Source: a virus
Lineage: Duplodnaviria > Caudoviricetes
Strand: one strand, 5' to 3'
IMG/VR virus record: IMGVR_UViG_3300036958_000333
Coordinates: 160,001 to 224,000 of that record
Length of the DNA: 64,000 bases
Shown here piece by piece: positions 39,221 to 49,223 of this stretch. Made by a program: the position numbers and the translations under genes. How positions within the stretch are numbered: position 1 is the stretch's first letter; the number at the start of each line of letters is the position of its first letter. The notes under the pieces are model-generated. The model did not search any database. It was given only the letters and a program-made list of their open reading frames with translations, and was not told where the DNA came from.

Positions 39221-40111
39221 ATGAACATTTATGTTAATACTGGCGGAGTAGAAGCTTTAATTATTACTGATAATTTAAAAAAATGGATAAAAAATACAGA
39301 TTATAATAATTCTGGATATGTTGATTTCAAGATATCTAAAGTATTTAAAAATATAGAATTTAATTATATTAGTATTTATAATTTTAATGAAATATTTAAA
39401 TCACTTGATTATAATAAAATATTTTGTTTTGGAAATAAAATTTATTTAAAATCGAAAAATAATTATTATTTAATAATAAGTTTGTCTAAATTTGGGTATT
39501 TTAGTGAAGATAAAAAGTCCAAACATTATATAATGTTTAAAATAAACGATGTTCCTTTATATTATAATGATATTTTATATTTTGCAGATACAATATCTTT
39601 TTTAAACAACGAAAACATTCCATATAATATGTATAGTCAAATTAAAAATTCTTTAGAATGGAGAGATGAAGATGCTGCATTTAAATTTACAAGAAAATGT
39701 AGAATGTCTGATAAAAGATTAAATCTACCAATATTTAGATGTATGATAAATAATAGAATTATACAGGGTATTAATGATATTTATGCAAGTGAATCATTAT
39801 TTGAATCAAAAATTCCTATAAATAAAAAGATAAAAGATTTACATGATAGAAAAATATTTGAAATAATATCAAAATGCCAAGAAATAATGAGAAAAAGCTA
39901 TATGTTAGGAGGATTTATAGAAAAAGGGCGCGAAAGTCTTGGGCCAAAAGGATATGGTAAAAAAATATTAAAAGTTTATGGAAAAAAAGGAAAACTATGT
40001 GAAAATTGTAAATCTGGAATTATACAATCAAAAAAAATTAAACTATCAAAAAACACTTTTATAAAAATGTATTATTGTCCAATTTGTCAATCGGAGAAAA
40101 ACAATGAATAA
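39221..40111 (+). CDS. Fpg/Nei-like protein, catalytic N-terminus missing
   Basis: H2TH-like IQGINDIYASESLF, VYGKKG, CENC...CPICQ zinc finger. Confidence 0.75.
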   Translation: MNIYVNTGGVEALIITDNLKKWIKNTDYNNSGYVDFKISKVFKNIEFNYISIYNFNEIFKSLDYNKIFCFGNKIYLKSKNNYYLIISLSKFGYFSEDKKSKHYIMFKINDVPLYYNDILYFADTISFLNNENIPYNMYSQIKNSLEWRDEDAAFKFTRKCRMSDKRLNLPIFRCMINNRIIQGINDIYASESLFESKIPINKKIKDLHDRKIFEIISKCQEIMRKSYMLGGFIEKGRESLGPKGYGKKILKVYGKKGKLCENCKSGIIQSKKIKLSKNTFIKMYYCPICQSEKNNE

Positions 40112-40847
40112 AAAAATAAAAGATATGACTGTTGAAGAATATAAGGAATATAGACGAAAATATGCAAAAGAATACAATGAAAGAAAGAAAAAAGAAAAAG
40201 AAAAAAATCATCATGATAATGTAATAAAAAAATTAAAAGGAAAAGCAAAAAAACATTATATATCAGAAATGTCTTCTGAAGATGAAAAAAATATAAAAAA
40301 AATAGATGATAATAAATTTAATTTAATAAATTGGCCAAATGGAACTTTTTTTCCATTAAAGGTTCTTTATAATTCGGCAAATTTATATTTAGACTATACA
40401 GGATTTGATGCATTCATTGAAGTAACAGGATGTGTTGAAATAAGAGGAGAAGGAAAAGATAAAAAAATAATATTAGGAATAAATATAATAGTTATATCAG
40501 GAAGTTCAATTGGTCGATATTTTAAAACATATAATATTTGGGAAAAAGATATAACATACATGAAAGAAAATATAACATCTAAAAATTATTTCAAAGAATT
40601 ATTACCAATGACTCAAAAAGAATGTAGTGAAATAAAAAAAATGTCATTTGAAAAATTTATAACAACATGTATAGAATATTGCAATAAAGAAAAACAAGAA
40701 GCTGTTGATATAATATGGAGTTCTATAACGCCAGAATGTGAAAAAAAATATGGAATTACATTAGAAAAAATAAATTCTATTGCAGATGTAAAAGTAAATA
40801 AAAATAAAATAATTAAATATTCTAAAAAAATAAAGAGAAAAAAATAA
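40104..40847 (+). CDS. Hypothetical protein
   Basis: 247 aa ORF in operon. Confidence 0.55.
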   Translation: MNKKIKDMTVEEYKEYRRKYAKEYNERKKKEKEKNHHDNVIKKLKGKAKKHYISEMSSEDEKNIKKIDDNKFNLINWPNGTFFPLKVLYNSANLYLDYTGFDAFIEVTGCVEIRGEGKDKKIILGINIIVISGSSIGRYFKTYNIWEKDITYMKENITSKNYFKELLPMTQKECSEIKKMSFEKFITTCIEYCNKEKQEAVDIIWSSITPECEKKYGITLEKINSIADVKVNKNKIIKYSKKIKRKK

Positions 40848-40947
40848 TTATAATCCTTTTATTTATTATAATATATATTATAAAACTCAGCTGAACTAAA
40901 ATAAAATTGCGATTTCTGTTCAGCGAATCGGTTAAAAGGAGTAAAAT

Positions 40948-41634
40948 ATGTATAAAAATAATTTTGTAGTATGTATTAAAGATTGTAATGGACAAGTTCT
41001 TAGAGAAACAAACAACAATGAAGTTTATCTACCGTTTTATTCAGAATATTCTATAAAGATAAAAAACAAAAATGATTATGATTGTATTGCGTCAATATTT
41101 ATAGACGGAATAGATATTCTAAATGGTTCGTTTTTATTTATTAAAAAAGAAGACGAAACAGAAATAGAAAGATTTTTTTTAGATGAAAATGAAAATAATG
41201 GAAAAAAATTTAAGTTTGTTCCTTCTGATAATATAAAAGAATCAGATAAAAATGAAAATGGAATAATAAGAATAAAACTACTAAAACAAAATAATAATAA
41301 TACATATACGTATTATTATCCATATTATGATCCATATAGGATTTATAAACCATATAGTCCAACATATCCAGTATATTCATGTTCAAAAACAACAAGTGAA
41401 TATGAAACATTAAGCTTATATTCTGGAAAAACAGAGGAAGGATTAGAATCTAACCAATCATTTTTTAAAAAAGATAATATAATATATAGTGATTTTACTG
41501 AAATTATAATTAAATTGAAACATAATGACAAAACTTTAACAATAAATAATACTAAAAATAAATTTTGTAAAAATTGTGGAAAAAAAATGAAAATAAAAGA
41601 TTTTTTTTGTTCTAAATGTGGAAATAAATTATAA
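40948..41634 (+). CDS. Conserved-type phage protein with C-terminal double zinc ribbon
   Basis: VYLPFYSEYSIKIKN, IDG.D, FCKNCG..FCSKCG; AAGGAG RBS. Confidence 0.65.
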   Translation: MYKNNFVVCIKDCNGQVLRETNNNEVYLPFYSEYSIKIKNKNDYDCIASIFIDGIDILNGSFLFIKKEDETEIERFFLDENENNGKKFKFVPSDNIKESDKNENGIIRIKLLKQNNNNTYTYYYPYYDPYRIYKPYSPTYPVYSCSKTTSEYETLSLYSGKTEEGLESNQSFFKKDNIIYSDFTEIIIKLKHNDKTLTINNTKNKFCKNCGKKMKIKDFFCSKCGNKL

Positions 41635-41660
41635 AAAGATAAATTTAAAGGAAATAATAT

Positions 41661-41966
41661 ATGAAAGAAAATATAGTATCTCAAAAAGAAATAGAAAATC
41701 TTACATTAATAAATTCAAATTTTGCATCATCAAACAGGCAATTAGTAAAACAATTTAAAGAAATAAATAAAAAATTATTTTTATATGAAAACCAAATAAA
41801 ATTAATAAAAAAAGATATTGATGATATTAAGAAAGAAAATCAAATAAAATTAAACATAGCCACCATACAACGTAAAGATCCTATAGAAATCGAAAAAACA
41901 AAATCTAAAATAGAAATAATAGACAAAATAAATAATATAATTAAAGAAAGACTAAATTTTATTTAA
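41661..41966 (+). CDS. Hypothetical coiled-coil protein
   Basis: 101 aa ORF with AAGG RBS. Confidence 0.5.
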   Translation: MKENIVSQKEIENLTLINSNFASSNRQLVKQFKEINKKLFLYENQIKLIKKDIDDIKKENQIKLNIATIQRKDPIEIEKTKSKIEIIDKINNIIKERLNFI

Positions 41967-43230
41967 ATAAATGTAATTTTGAATAAATTCTTTTAGCAAG
42001 AATATTATTTGAAATTATGTTTTCTGCTTCTATCCATCTCTTTTCTAAAACAAATACTGCATATTTTACTGCTAATATTGCATAATTATTTTTTAATATT
42101 TCTTCTTCTAATTTTTCCCATCTTGTGTTTTTAACGATTTGCTCGTGATGTTTTAAATATTTAATAATATATGGATATTCAAACATTTTACCAGAAAACA
42201 TAAGTTGACCTTTTATTGTATTAGCATCATATTCTAAACCACGCCTGTTAGTTCCATAGCTGATAACATTTCCTTTTTAAACTTTTACAAATTCATTATA
42301 TTTAAAACCATGAGTATATCCTCCTTTAGGAATCTTATATATTCCATCTTCAACCTGTTTATTTTTTTCATCGAAAAATTTTTCTACAGCTTTAATAAAA
42401 CCAGGAACATTTGTTCCATAAACCTGTTTATTTATTACATAATAAGGTTTCTTTTCAGGATATTCTTTATTATAATACGGTTTAATAAGAACTCTACATA
42501 TTGGATTTCTTATTTGAGTATCTCCTTTTCTTATAAGATATGCTATAACTGTCCCTTCTTTAACTTCTTCTTCTACAACATTATCTTTATTATATATATT
42601 TTGACAACTAGTCCATCCTTTGTTTGTAGACATACCAGCAACATCCGTAGGGTGTTTAGAAATAGCAATAAAAAAATCTCCACCAGAAGAAGAAGATCTT
42701 CTCGATGCAGATCTATATTTATCTTCAGAAAAATCTTTTAATAATTTTTTTAGTTATCTTAATAATTCTGATAATTCTATAATTCTTTTTTCTTTAACAT
42801 TTAAATCTTCAATATTTAATAAATTACTTATCTCTTCTCTTAATACCATTATTTCTTTTTCTATTTCTGTTATTTTTCTTTGTAATAATTTTCCTATTGA
42901 AATTTTTCTTATTATTTCTTTTCTTTTTCCATCTATTTCTTTTATTTCTTTTTTTAATGCAATACCAGATAAATAATCATATGTCTTATAACCAATATTA
43001 TTTAAATATCTATTTATTTCATCGTAAGAAGAATTTTTTTCTACATAATTTACATTTTCTATTTTAAAAGGAATATAAATCCTATAATTATTACCAAATA
43101 TTTCTTTATGAACATTTTTATAATAAAAATGAGTTCCTTCTGCTTGTTTAGCAATTCTAGTATATTTTTTATCTAGTCTTAAACTTCAAAGACTTTCATA
43201 TAATTTTCTAAAATATTCTGAAAACCTCAT
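41959..43230 (-). pseudogene. Tandem paralog of 43266..44702 broken by three in-frame stops
   Basis: Single frame of 424 codons with TGA 43186-88, TAA 42754-56, TAA 42277-79; aligns along paralog (RIYIPFK, AISKHP.DV, KGWTSC, NPICRVLIKP). Confidence 0.85.
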
Positions 43231-43265
43231 ATTATATTATATAATAATCTAAAAATTTCATATTA

Positions 43266-44702
43266 TTAATTTAATTTTGGATCTATTCCTCTATCCAAAC
43301 AATAATGTTTCCAATATTTTTCGTTTTGTTTTAATATATCTTCTGCTTCTGGAACTCTTACTTTTTTTATAAAATTAGCTACAACAAGATAAGCAAAAGT
43401 TGCATGTATATCTTTAAATACAGATTTTTCAAATTCTTTATCTCTATGACCTAATACTTTTATTAAATAAAGACAAGAAGCCAAAGGATCAGTTAAAATA
43501 ATATCTTCTGCTTCTGGCCATCTTTCTTCTAAAACAAATGCAGCATATTGAGCTGCCAATATTGGGTCCTTGTCTTTTAATACCTGTTCTTCTAATTTTT
43601 TCCATGTTTTATTTATAAAAGATTTATTATGTTCTTCTTCTTGAACCTTAATAAACAATGGATATTCTTTCATTTTATTTACAAAATCTTTTTTTATAAT
43701 ATCAGAGTCGATTATATTATTCTTATAAATATTATAACCAACAATATTACCTTTTTTAAGTTTTATAAAATCTCCATATTGAATTGAAGATTCAAGATTA
43801 TGTGATTGTGGATTACGACCATATAATCCAGTCATTTCTTTAGATATTTTGTCATTAATTTCATTAAAAAATTTCTTTACCGTTTCAACAAAACCTGGAA
43901 CATTTGCTCCATAAACCACGTCACTTGTTATAAAATATGGTTGTTTTTCTTCTTCTTTATATTTAAAAAATGGCTTAATAAGAACTCTACATATTGGGTT
44001 TGATATTTGTTTGTCTTCTTTTTTTATAAGATATGCTATAATAGTTCCAGATACAGCTTCTTGAATTGCTAGAGATCCTGCCATACAGCTAGTCCATCCT
44101 TTATTAACAGACATACTACCAACATCTATTGGATGTTTAGAAATAGCAACAAGAAAATCTTCAGAAGATTTTCTTGCCAAAGATCTTGCTGGATCTTTAA
44201 CAAAATTTTTTAACAATTCTTTTGCTAATTCCAATGATTCTGATAAATTTTTAATCTCTTCTTTTTTAATTTCTATTTTATCGGTATTTTTTTCTTTTGA
44301 TAATTTTTTTATTTCTTCTTCTAATAAATCTATTTCTTTTTTCATTTTTGTTATTTTTCTTTCTAACAATTTTCCTATTGTTATTTCTCTTACTACATTT
44401 TTTCCAAACATGTAATTATTTTGTTTTTTACTTATAGCAATACCAGACGAATAATCATCTATCTCATAACCAAACTTATTTAAATAATTATTTAATTTGA
44501 TATACGAAGGGAGATTTTTTATATTATCGTTGTCTTTTTCTTTAAAAGGAATATAAATTCTTGATTTATCACCAAATATTATTTTATGAATATGTTTATA
44601 AGAAGATCCTATTAATTTTCTAATTTCTTTAGTAAATTTACGATCTTTCCTAAAACTTCCAAAACCTTCGTATAACCTTTTATAATATTCTGAAAATTTC
44701 AT
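43266..44702 (-). CDS. Hypothetical protein with capsid-targeting-like N-terminus and C-terminal helical repeats
   Basis: MKFSEYYKRLYE; ISKHPIDV.SMS..GWTSCM; YA..VL..RWPEAEDII repeats. Confidence 0.7.
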   Translation of the reverse strand: MKFSEYYKRLYEGFGSFRKDRKFTKEIRKLIGSSYKHIHKIIFGDKSRIYIPFKEKDNDNIKNLPSYIKLNNYLNKFGYEIDDYSSGIAISKKQNNYMFGKNVVREITIGKLLERKITKMKKEIDLLEEEIKKLSKEKNTDKIEIKKEEIKNLSESLELAKELLKNFVKDPARSLARKSSEDFLVAISKHPIDVGSMSVNKGWTSCMAGSLAIQEAVSGTIIAYLIKKEDKQISNPICRVLIKPFFKYKEEEKQPYFITSDVVYGANVPGFVETVKKFFNEINDKISKEMTGLYGRNPQSHNLESSIQYGDFIKLKKGNIVGYNIYKNNIIDSDIIKKDFVNKMKEYPLFIKVQEEEHNKSFINKTWKKLEEQVLKDKDPILAAQYAAFVLEERWPEAEDIILTDPLASCLYLIKVLGHRDKEFEKSVFKDIHATFAYLVVANFIKKVRVPEAEDILKQNEKYWKHYCLDRGIDPKLN

Positions 44703-44776
44703 ATTATTTATTTATAAGCGAAAACAAAAAAAATAATAAATTCTTTACAAATTTATAAAAATTAAGGAAAAATAAA

Positions 44777-46084
44777 TTGGAAAAATTAAAAAAAATAGCA
44801 ATTGAAAAATCAAAAGATAATAAGAAATATATAAAAAGATTAAATATTGAATTTGAAGAAATAGATAAGGCCGGTTTATGGAACTATTTCAAAGAAATAA
44901 TTAAATCAAATAAAAAATTTCATAATACTAATAATTTATTATGTGCATACTTGTGGGGAATATGTCCTGAAAATCCAATAGATAAAGACGAAGAATTAAA
45001 ATGGTACTATAGTAATGAATATCCAGATATAGACGTAGATTTTTCTCCAGAATCTAGAGATAAAATAAAAGAATTTTGCGCAAAAGAATTTGGAGAAAAT
45101 AATGTTGTATCAATAGCAAATTATAATCATTTTGGAATAAAATCCGGAATAAGAGACATTTCAAGGGTATTAGAAATACCATTAGAAGAGGTAAATGAAT
45201 GTACAACAAAACTAAATGATGATGTAAATGACATGAAATGGGAAGATGCTATAAAAACATATCCCGTACTGGAACAATTTGAAAAAGAACACCCAAAAGT
45301 ATGTGAATTAGTCAAACAATTTAATGGAAAAGTAAGATCTATAGGAAAACATGCTGGAGGATTAGTAATATCATCTTGTGATTTAACTAAAACAATACCG
45401 TTAATAACAAGAGAAAATCCAGAAAGTGATAAAAAATTTATATTATCTTCATTTTCAGAAGGTCAAAATAGATCTGATTTAAAAACAATGGGTTTAATAA
45501 AACAAGATATACTTGGATTAGATAATCTAAACTATATAAGTACTTGTTTAAAATATATGGAACAAAGAGGAAAATATGATCCTAAAAAGGGAATATTTAG
45601 AACAAAAGAAGACGGAGAAAATTGGGAAGATGAATCATATTTAAACGATCCAGAGTCAATAAAAGTAGCAAATAATGCAGATTTACAGCTTGTATTTCAA
45701 TTTGATTCTGATGGAATAAGAAAATTAGTTAAAAAAACTGGGGTTAATAATTTTTATGATTTAGTAGTATTTAATGCGCTGTATAGGCCTGGTCCTTTAA
45801 ACTGTTTGGAAGAAAATACTAAAATACTTACAAATAATGGATATGTTGAAATAAAACTTCTATCAAATAAACATAATAAAATTGCCTATATAGACAATAA
45901 TGGAAATATTAAGTATACATCCAAATTTATAGTAAAAAAGAAAAATAAAACAAAAAAAATATTAAAAATATCAACGAGTGAAAATGAAATATTATCTTCA
46001 TTAGATCATAAGTTTCTTAATAAAGATAATAAATTTATTGAAGCAAAAAGATTAAAAATTAATGATGAAATAAAAACAATATGA
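44777..46084 (+). CDS. dnaE: DNA polymerase III alpha, middle piece fused to split-intein N half
   Basis: YPDIDVDF, GKHAGG, KQDILGL, VFQFDS, ALYRPGPLN|CLEENT; TTG start. Confidence 0.95.
   Translation: MEKLKKIAIEKSKDNKKYIKRLNIEFEEIDKAGLWNYFKEIIKSNKKFHNTNNLLCAYLWGICPENPIDKDEELKWYYSNEYPDIDVDFSPESRDKIKEFCAKEFGENNVVSIANYNHFGIKSGIRDISRVLEIPLEEVNECTTKLNDDVNDMKWEDAIKTYPVLEQFEKEHPKVCELVKQFNGKVRSIGKHAGGLVISSCDLTKTIPLITRENPESDKKFILSSFSEGQNRSDLKTMGLIKQDILGLDNLNYISTCLKYMEQRGKYDPKKGIFRTKEDGENWEDESYLNDPESIKVANNADLQLVFQFDSDGIRKLVKKTGVNNFYDLVVFNALYRPGPLNCLEENTKILTNNGYVEIKLLSNKHNKIAYIDNNGNIKYTSKFIVKKKNKTKKILKISTSENEILSSLDHKFLNKDNKFIEAKRLKINDEIKTI
45803..46081 (+). mobile_element. Split intein N fragment (93 aa)
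   Basis: CLEENTKILT block A, SLDHKF block B, EAKRLKIND, then stop. Confidence 0.9.
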
Positions 46085-46968
46085 AAAGAATTCCATGGAA
46101 TAAAGGTCTAAATAAATATAATAATAAAACAATGGCTATAATAGCTGAAAAAGTAAAAAAATCTTATGATAAAAAAAGAAGAAAAGAATATTCTGATAAA
46201 TTAAAAGAAAAATATAAAAACGGCGATATATTAACTCCAGAAAAAAGAAGAAAAGTAATATTATGTGGATCTAAAGCTTGGGCTAATAAAGTAAAAAACG
46301 CTTCACTAGAAGAAAGGAAAAAAATATTATTTAATTTTATTACTGCTGGAAATAATGCTCAAAAAGAAAGAAGAAAACATCTAACTCCAGAAGATTATCA
46401 AAGATTATATCCGTTTGCGAAAGGAATAGCGAAATATTATAATTGCGATAATTGTGGAAAAAAAGTAATAAAATGGTTTGGTGGTAAAAAAAGATCAAAT
46501 AAAAGATTTTGTTGTAGAAAATGTTATACCGACTTTTTAAGAAAAAATCCATCATATGGAATAAATAACAAAAAACAAATTCTTTTTTATTCTAAAAAAA
46601 TGTTATGTCATTTTAAACTTTTATCTAGTTTAGAAAAATATATAGCAAATATATTAGAAGAATCAAAATGGATAAAAACATGGAGCGCAAACTCTATATG
46701 TATTCAATATGTTGATAAAAATAAAAAGAAAAGAAGATATTATCCTGATTTTTTCTTTAATGATAAATACATTTTAGAAGTAAAATCAAATTATGTAGAA
46801 AATATAAATAAAAATAAAGATAATTTAAATAATAAAAAAATGGAAGCTAGAAAATACTGTAAAAAAAATGGATTTGTATTTTTATATTGGAAATTTAATA
46901 AAACAGATGAAAAAAGTGTTATAAAAGATCGTAGAATTAAATTTTTATTTGGCGAAATAAATCAATAA
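46081..46968 (+). CDS. Free-standing endonuclease (TnsA-like PD-(D/E)xK) between split-intein halves
   Basis: PWNKG DNA-binding motif, CDNC..FCCRKC, RRYYPDF...LEVKS. Confidence 0.8.
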   Translation: MKRIPWNKGLNKYNNKTMAIIAEKVKKSYDKKRRKEYSDKLKEKYKNGDILTPEKRRKVILCGSKAWANKVKNASLEERKKILFNFITAGNNAQKERRKHLTPEDYQRLYPFAKGIAKYYNCDNCGKKVIKWFGGKKRSNKRFCCRKCYTDFLRKNPSYGINNKKQILFYSKKMLCHFKLLSSLEKYIANILEESKWIKTWSANSICIQYVDKNKKKRRYYPDFFFNDKYILEVKSNYVENINKNKDNLNNKKMEARKYCKKNGFVFLYWKFNKTDEKSVIKDRRIKFLFGEINQ

Positions 46969-46982
46969 TACAAAATAAAATC

Positions 46983-47117
46983 ATGATTAAAATAAAAAAA
47001 ATACAATCAATAAAAAAATTAGAAGAAAAACAAACATGTTATGATATATGTTTATTAGAAAAAGATACATATATTAATGAATCTAATTTTATAGCAGAAG
47101 GTTTTATAGTTCATAAT
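46983..47117 (+). mobile_element. Split intein C fragment (45 aa)
   Basis: MIKIKKIQSI...CYDI...NFIAEGFIVHN followed by Ser. Confidence 0.9.
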
Positions 47118-48614
47118 TCTGGAATGGCAAATGCTTATACTGAAAGAAGAAATGGAAAAAAAGATTATAAGACACATGAAATATTAGATAAAATAATAGG
47201 AGACACACAATATGTTATAATATATCAAGAACAATTATTAAAAATAATGAATGTTATTGGAAATATTTCTTTACAAGACTGTGAAATGATAAGAAAAGCA
47301 ATGGCCAAAAAAAGAGAAAAAGAATTCATAAAATATAAAGAAATATTTATTGAAAATGGACAAAAAACCCTAGAATGGAGCAAACAAGAAATAGAAGAAT
47401 TATGGAATCAAATGATTACATTTGCAGATTATGGATTTAACAAATCTCACTCTGTTGCATATACTATGATATCTTCAAGATGTTTATATTTAAAGACTCA
47501 TTATCCAGAAGAATATTTTGCTGCAGTTTTAACGCATTTAAAAACTGGAGATGAAAGAATAAAAAAGTATATACAAGAAGGAGAAAAAAAAGGACTTGTA
47601 TTTATACCGTTAGATATAAATAAATCCAAAACAGGATTTATACCAACAGAAAATGGAATTATAATAGGATTTGATAAAATAAAAGGAATCAAAAAAGAAG
47701 CCATAGAATTAATAAACTTACAACCATTTCATTCTTTTGAAGATTATTTAGAAAGATATGGATTATCAAAAATAACTGCAGAAATATTAATAAAGGCAAA
47801 TGCTTTTAAAAATTTTGAAAATAATATTAAAATATTATTAGAATATTTTAATTATAGAAGAAGCATAAAAGAATCTGATTGTGGAATGGGTAAAAATGAT
47901 TTTGGAAAAATGTTTAAAGAAATAAAAGGATTAAAATCATGCCCTAAGAATATCTATGAACAATTTTTACAATTATGTGATAATAAAAGTAAAATAAAAT
48001 ATAATATATTATTAGATTTTATTAAAAATAATAAATTTGATTTTACAGAAATAGACAAAAACACAATTTTAGAATATATTGAAAAACATAAAAATATATT
48101 TAACTTATCTATAATGACATTAGAAGAATTTAAAAAACAACAACATATTCAAGAAATATCTGATTTTTCATATGAAGAAAAATGTGAATTTGAAGAAAAA
48201 CTATATTCTTTTTATTTTAATCATCCAATAGAAAATTATCAAATAGAAGGAAAACAAATATCAGATGTTATAGAAAATGATTTGGGAGGAATTATTGAAG
48301 GAATAATAAAAGATATAGTAAAAAAGAAAACAAAAAACGATAATTCATATTATATTTTAACTATAGAAGATAAATATGATCAAATTAAAGTTTTACTATG
48401 GTCAAATCAATATAATAAGTATAAAGATATAATATATAAACAATCTGCTATAAGATTAAAAATTAAAAAAAGCCCTTATTCAGCATATAATTTATCAGAT
48501 GATGAAAATATTAAAAGAATAAGGAAAAAAGACGAATTATCTGAAAAAAAAGAAAAAGAAATAAAATTAAAAGAAGAATTTGAAAAACTATTAATAGATT
48601 TAGATAATAAATAA
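46983..48614 (+). CDS. dnaE: Split-intein C half fused to DNA polymerase III alpha C-terminal piece
   Basis: YDI...NFIAEGFIVHN|SG, IIYQEQ, IRKAMAKK, YGFNKSHSVAY, YLKTHYPEEY, DINKS, C-terminal OB fold. Confidence 0.95.
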   Translation: MIKIKKIQSIKKLEEKQTCYDICLLEKDTYINESNFIAEGFIVHNSGMANAYTERRNGKKDYKTHEILDKIIGDTQYVIIYQEQLLKIMNVIGNISLQDCEMIRKAMAKKREKEFIKYKEIFIENGQKTLEWSKQEIEELWNQMITFADYGFNKSHSVAYTMISSRCLYLKTHYPEEYFAAVLTHLKTGDERIKKYIQEGEKKGLVFIPLDINKSKTGFIPTENGIIIGFDKIKGIKKEAIELINLQPFHSFEDYLERYGLSKITAEILIKANAFKNFENNIKILLEYFNYRRSIKESDCGMGKNDFGKMFKEIKGLKSCPKNIYEQFLQLCDNKSKIKYNILLDFIKNNKFDFTEIDKNTILEYIEKHKNIFNLSIMTLEEFKKQQHIQEISDFSYEEKCEFEEKLYSFYFNHPIENYQIEGKQISDVIENDLGGIIEGIIKDIVKKKTKNDNSYYILTIEDKYDQIKVLLWSNQYNKYKDIIYKQSAIRLKIKKSPYSAYNLSDDENIKRIRKKDELSEKKEKEIKLKEEFEKLLIDLDNK

Positions 48615-48629
48615 AATGGAGGAAAAATA

Positions 48630-49223
48630 ATGCCTAATTATATAGAATGGGGAAAAGACCCAGAAAAAGGAATGTCTTTATTTGGATTTTCTTGTAAAGC
48701 CGTTCTAGAAGGAAAAAAACTAAAAAGTGAAATAATTGGATTGTTAAAACAAGGAGAAGTTGGTATAAGAAAAGCCATAGCTCATTTTAAATCTGAATCA
48801 TTAGCGTGTTCTGATGAATCAATTAATGTTGTTATGAGAATAAAACAAGATATGAAAAATAACAATATAGATTATATTTATAAGAAAAGCTATGTTTATA
48901 CAATCAATAGGGTTTTTTGGGCACACGATAAAGACGTTCCAAAAAATGATCCGAGATATTGTAAATTAGAAATAATTGATTGTAATAAAATAAATAAAGA
49001 TAAATATATGAAATCAAACAGACAATTTGACGCAAAAAATTTTATAAAAGACTTTTCTAATCCAGAATTTTTAAAAACAAAAAAGAGTAAAAAGAATTTC
49101 TTTATAAAAGAAGAAATACCAGAATCAAACATTCCAAACGAACAAATCGACCAAGAATGGAACAATAATCAAAAGGAAGGATCTTTAAATACAAAAATTG
49201 AAAGAAGAAGAACAAAAAATTGA
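48630..49223 (+). CDS. Hypothetical protein
   Basis: 197 aa, GGAGG RBS. Confidence 0.65.
   Translation: MPNYIEWGKDPEKGMSLFGFSCKAVLEGKKLKSEIIGLLKQGEVGIRKAIAHFKSESLACSDESINVVMRIKQDMKNNNIDYIYKKSYVYTINRVFWAHDKDVPKNDPRYCKLEIIDCNKINKDKYMKSNRQFDAKNFIKDFSNPEFLKTKKSKKNFFIKEEIPESNIPNEQIDQEWNNNQKEGSLNTKIERRRTKN

Noticed and set aside
42310-42976. Plus-strand ORFs 42310..42741 and 42620..42976
   Set aside because: Antisense to the minus-strand pseudogene, which has clear homology to its neighbour
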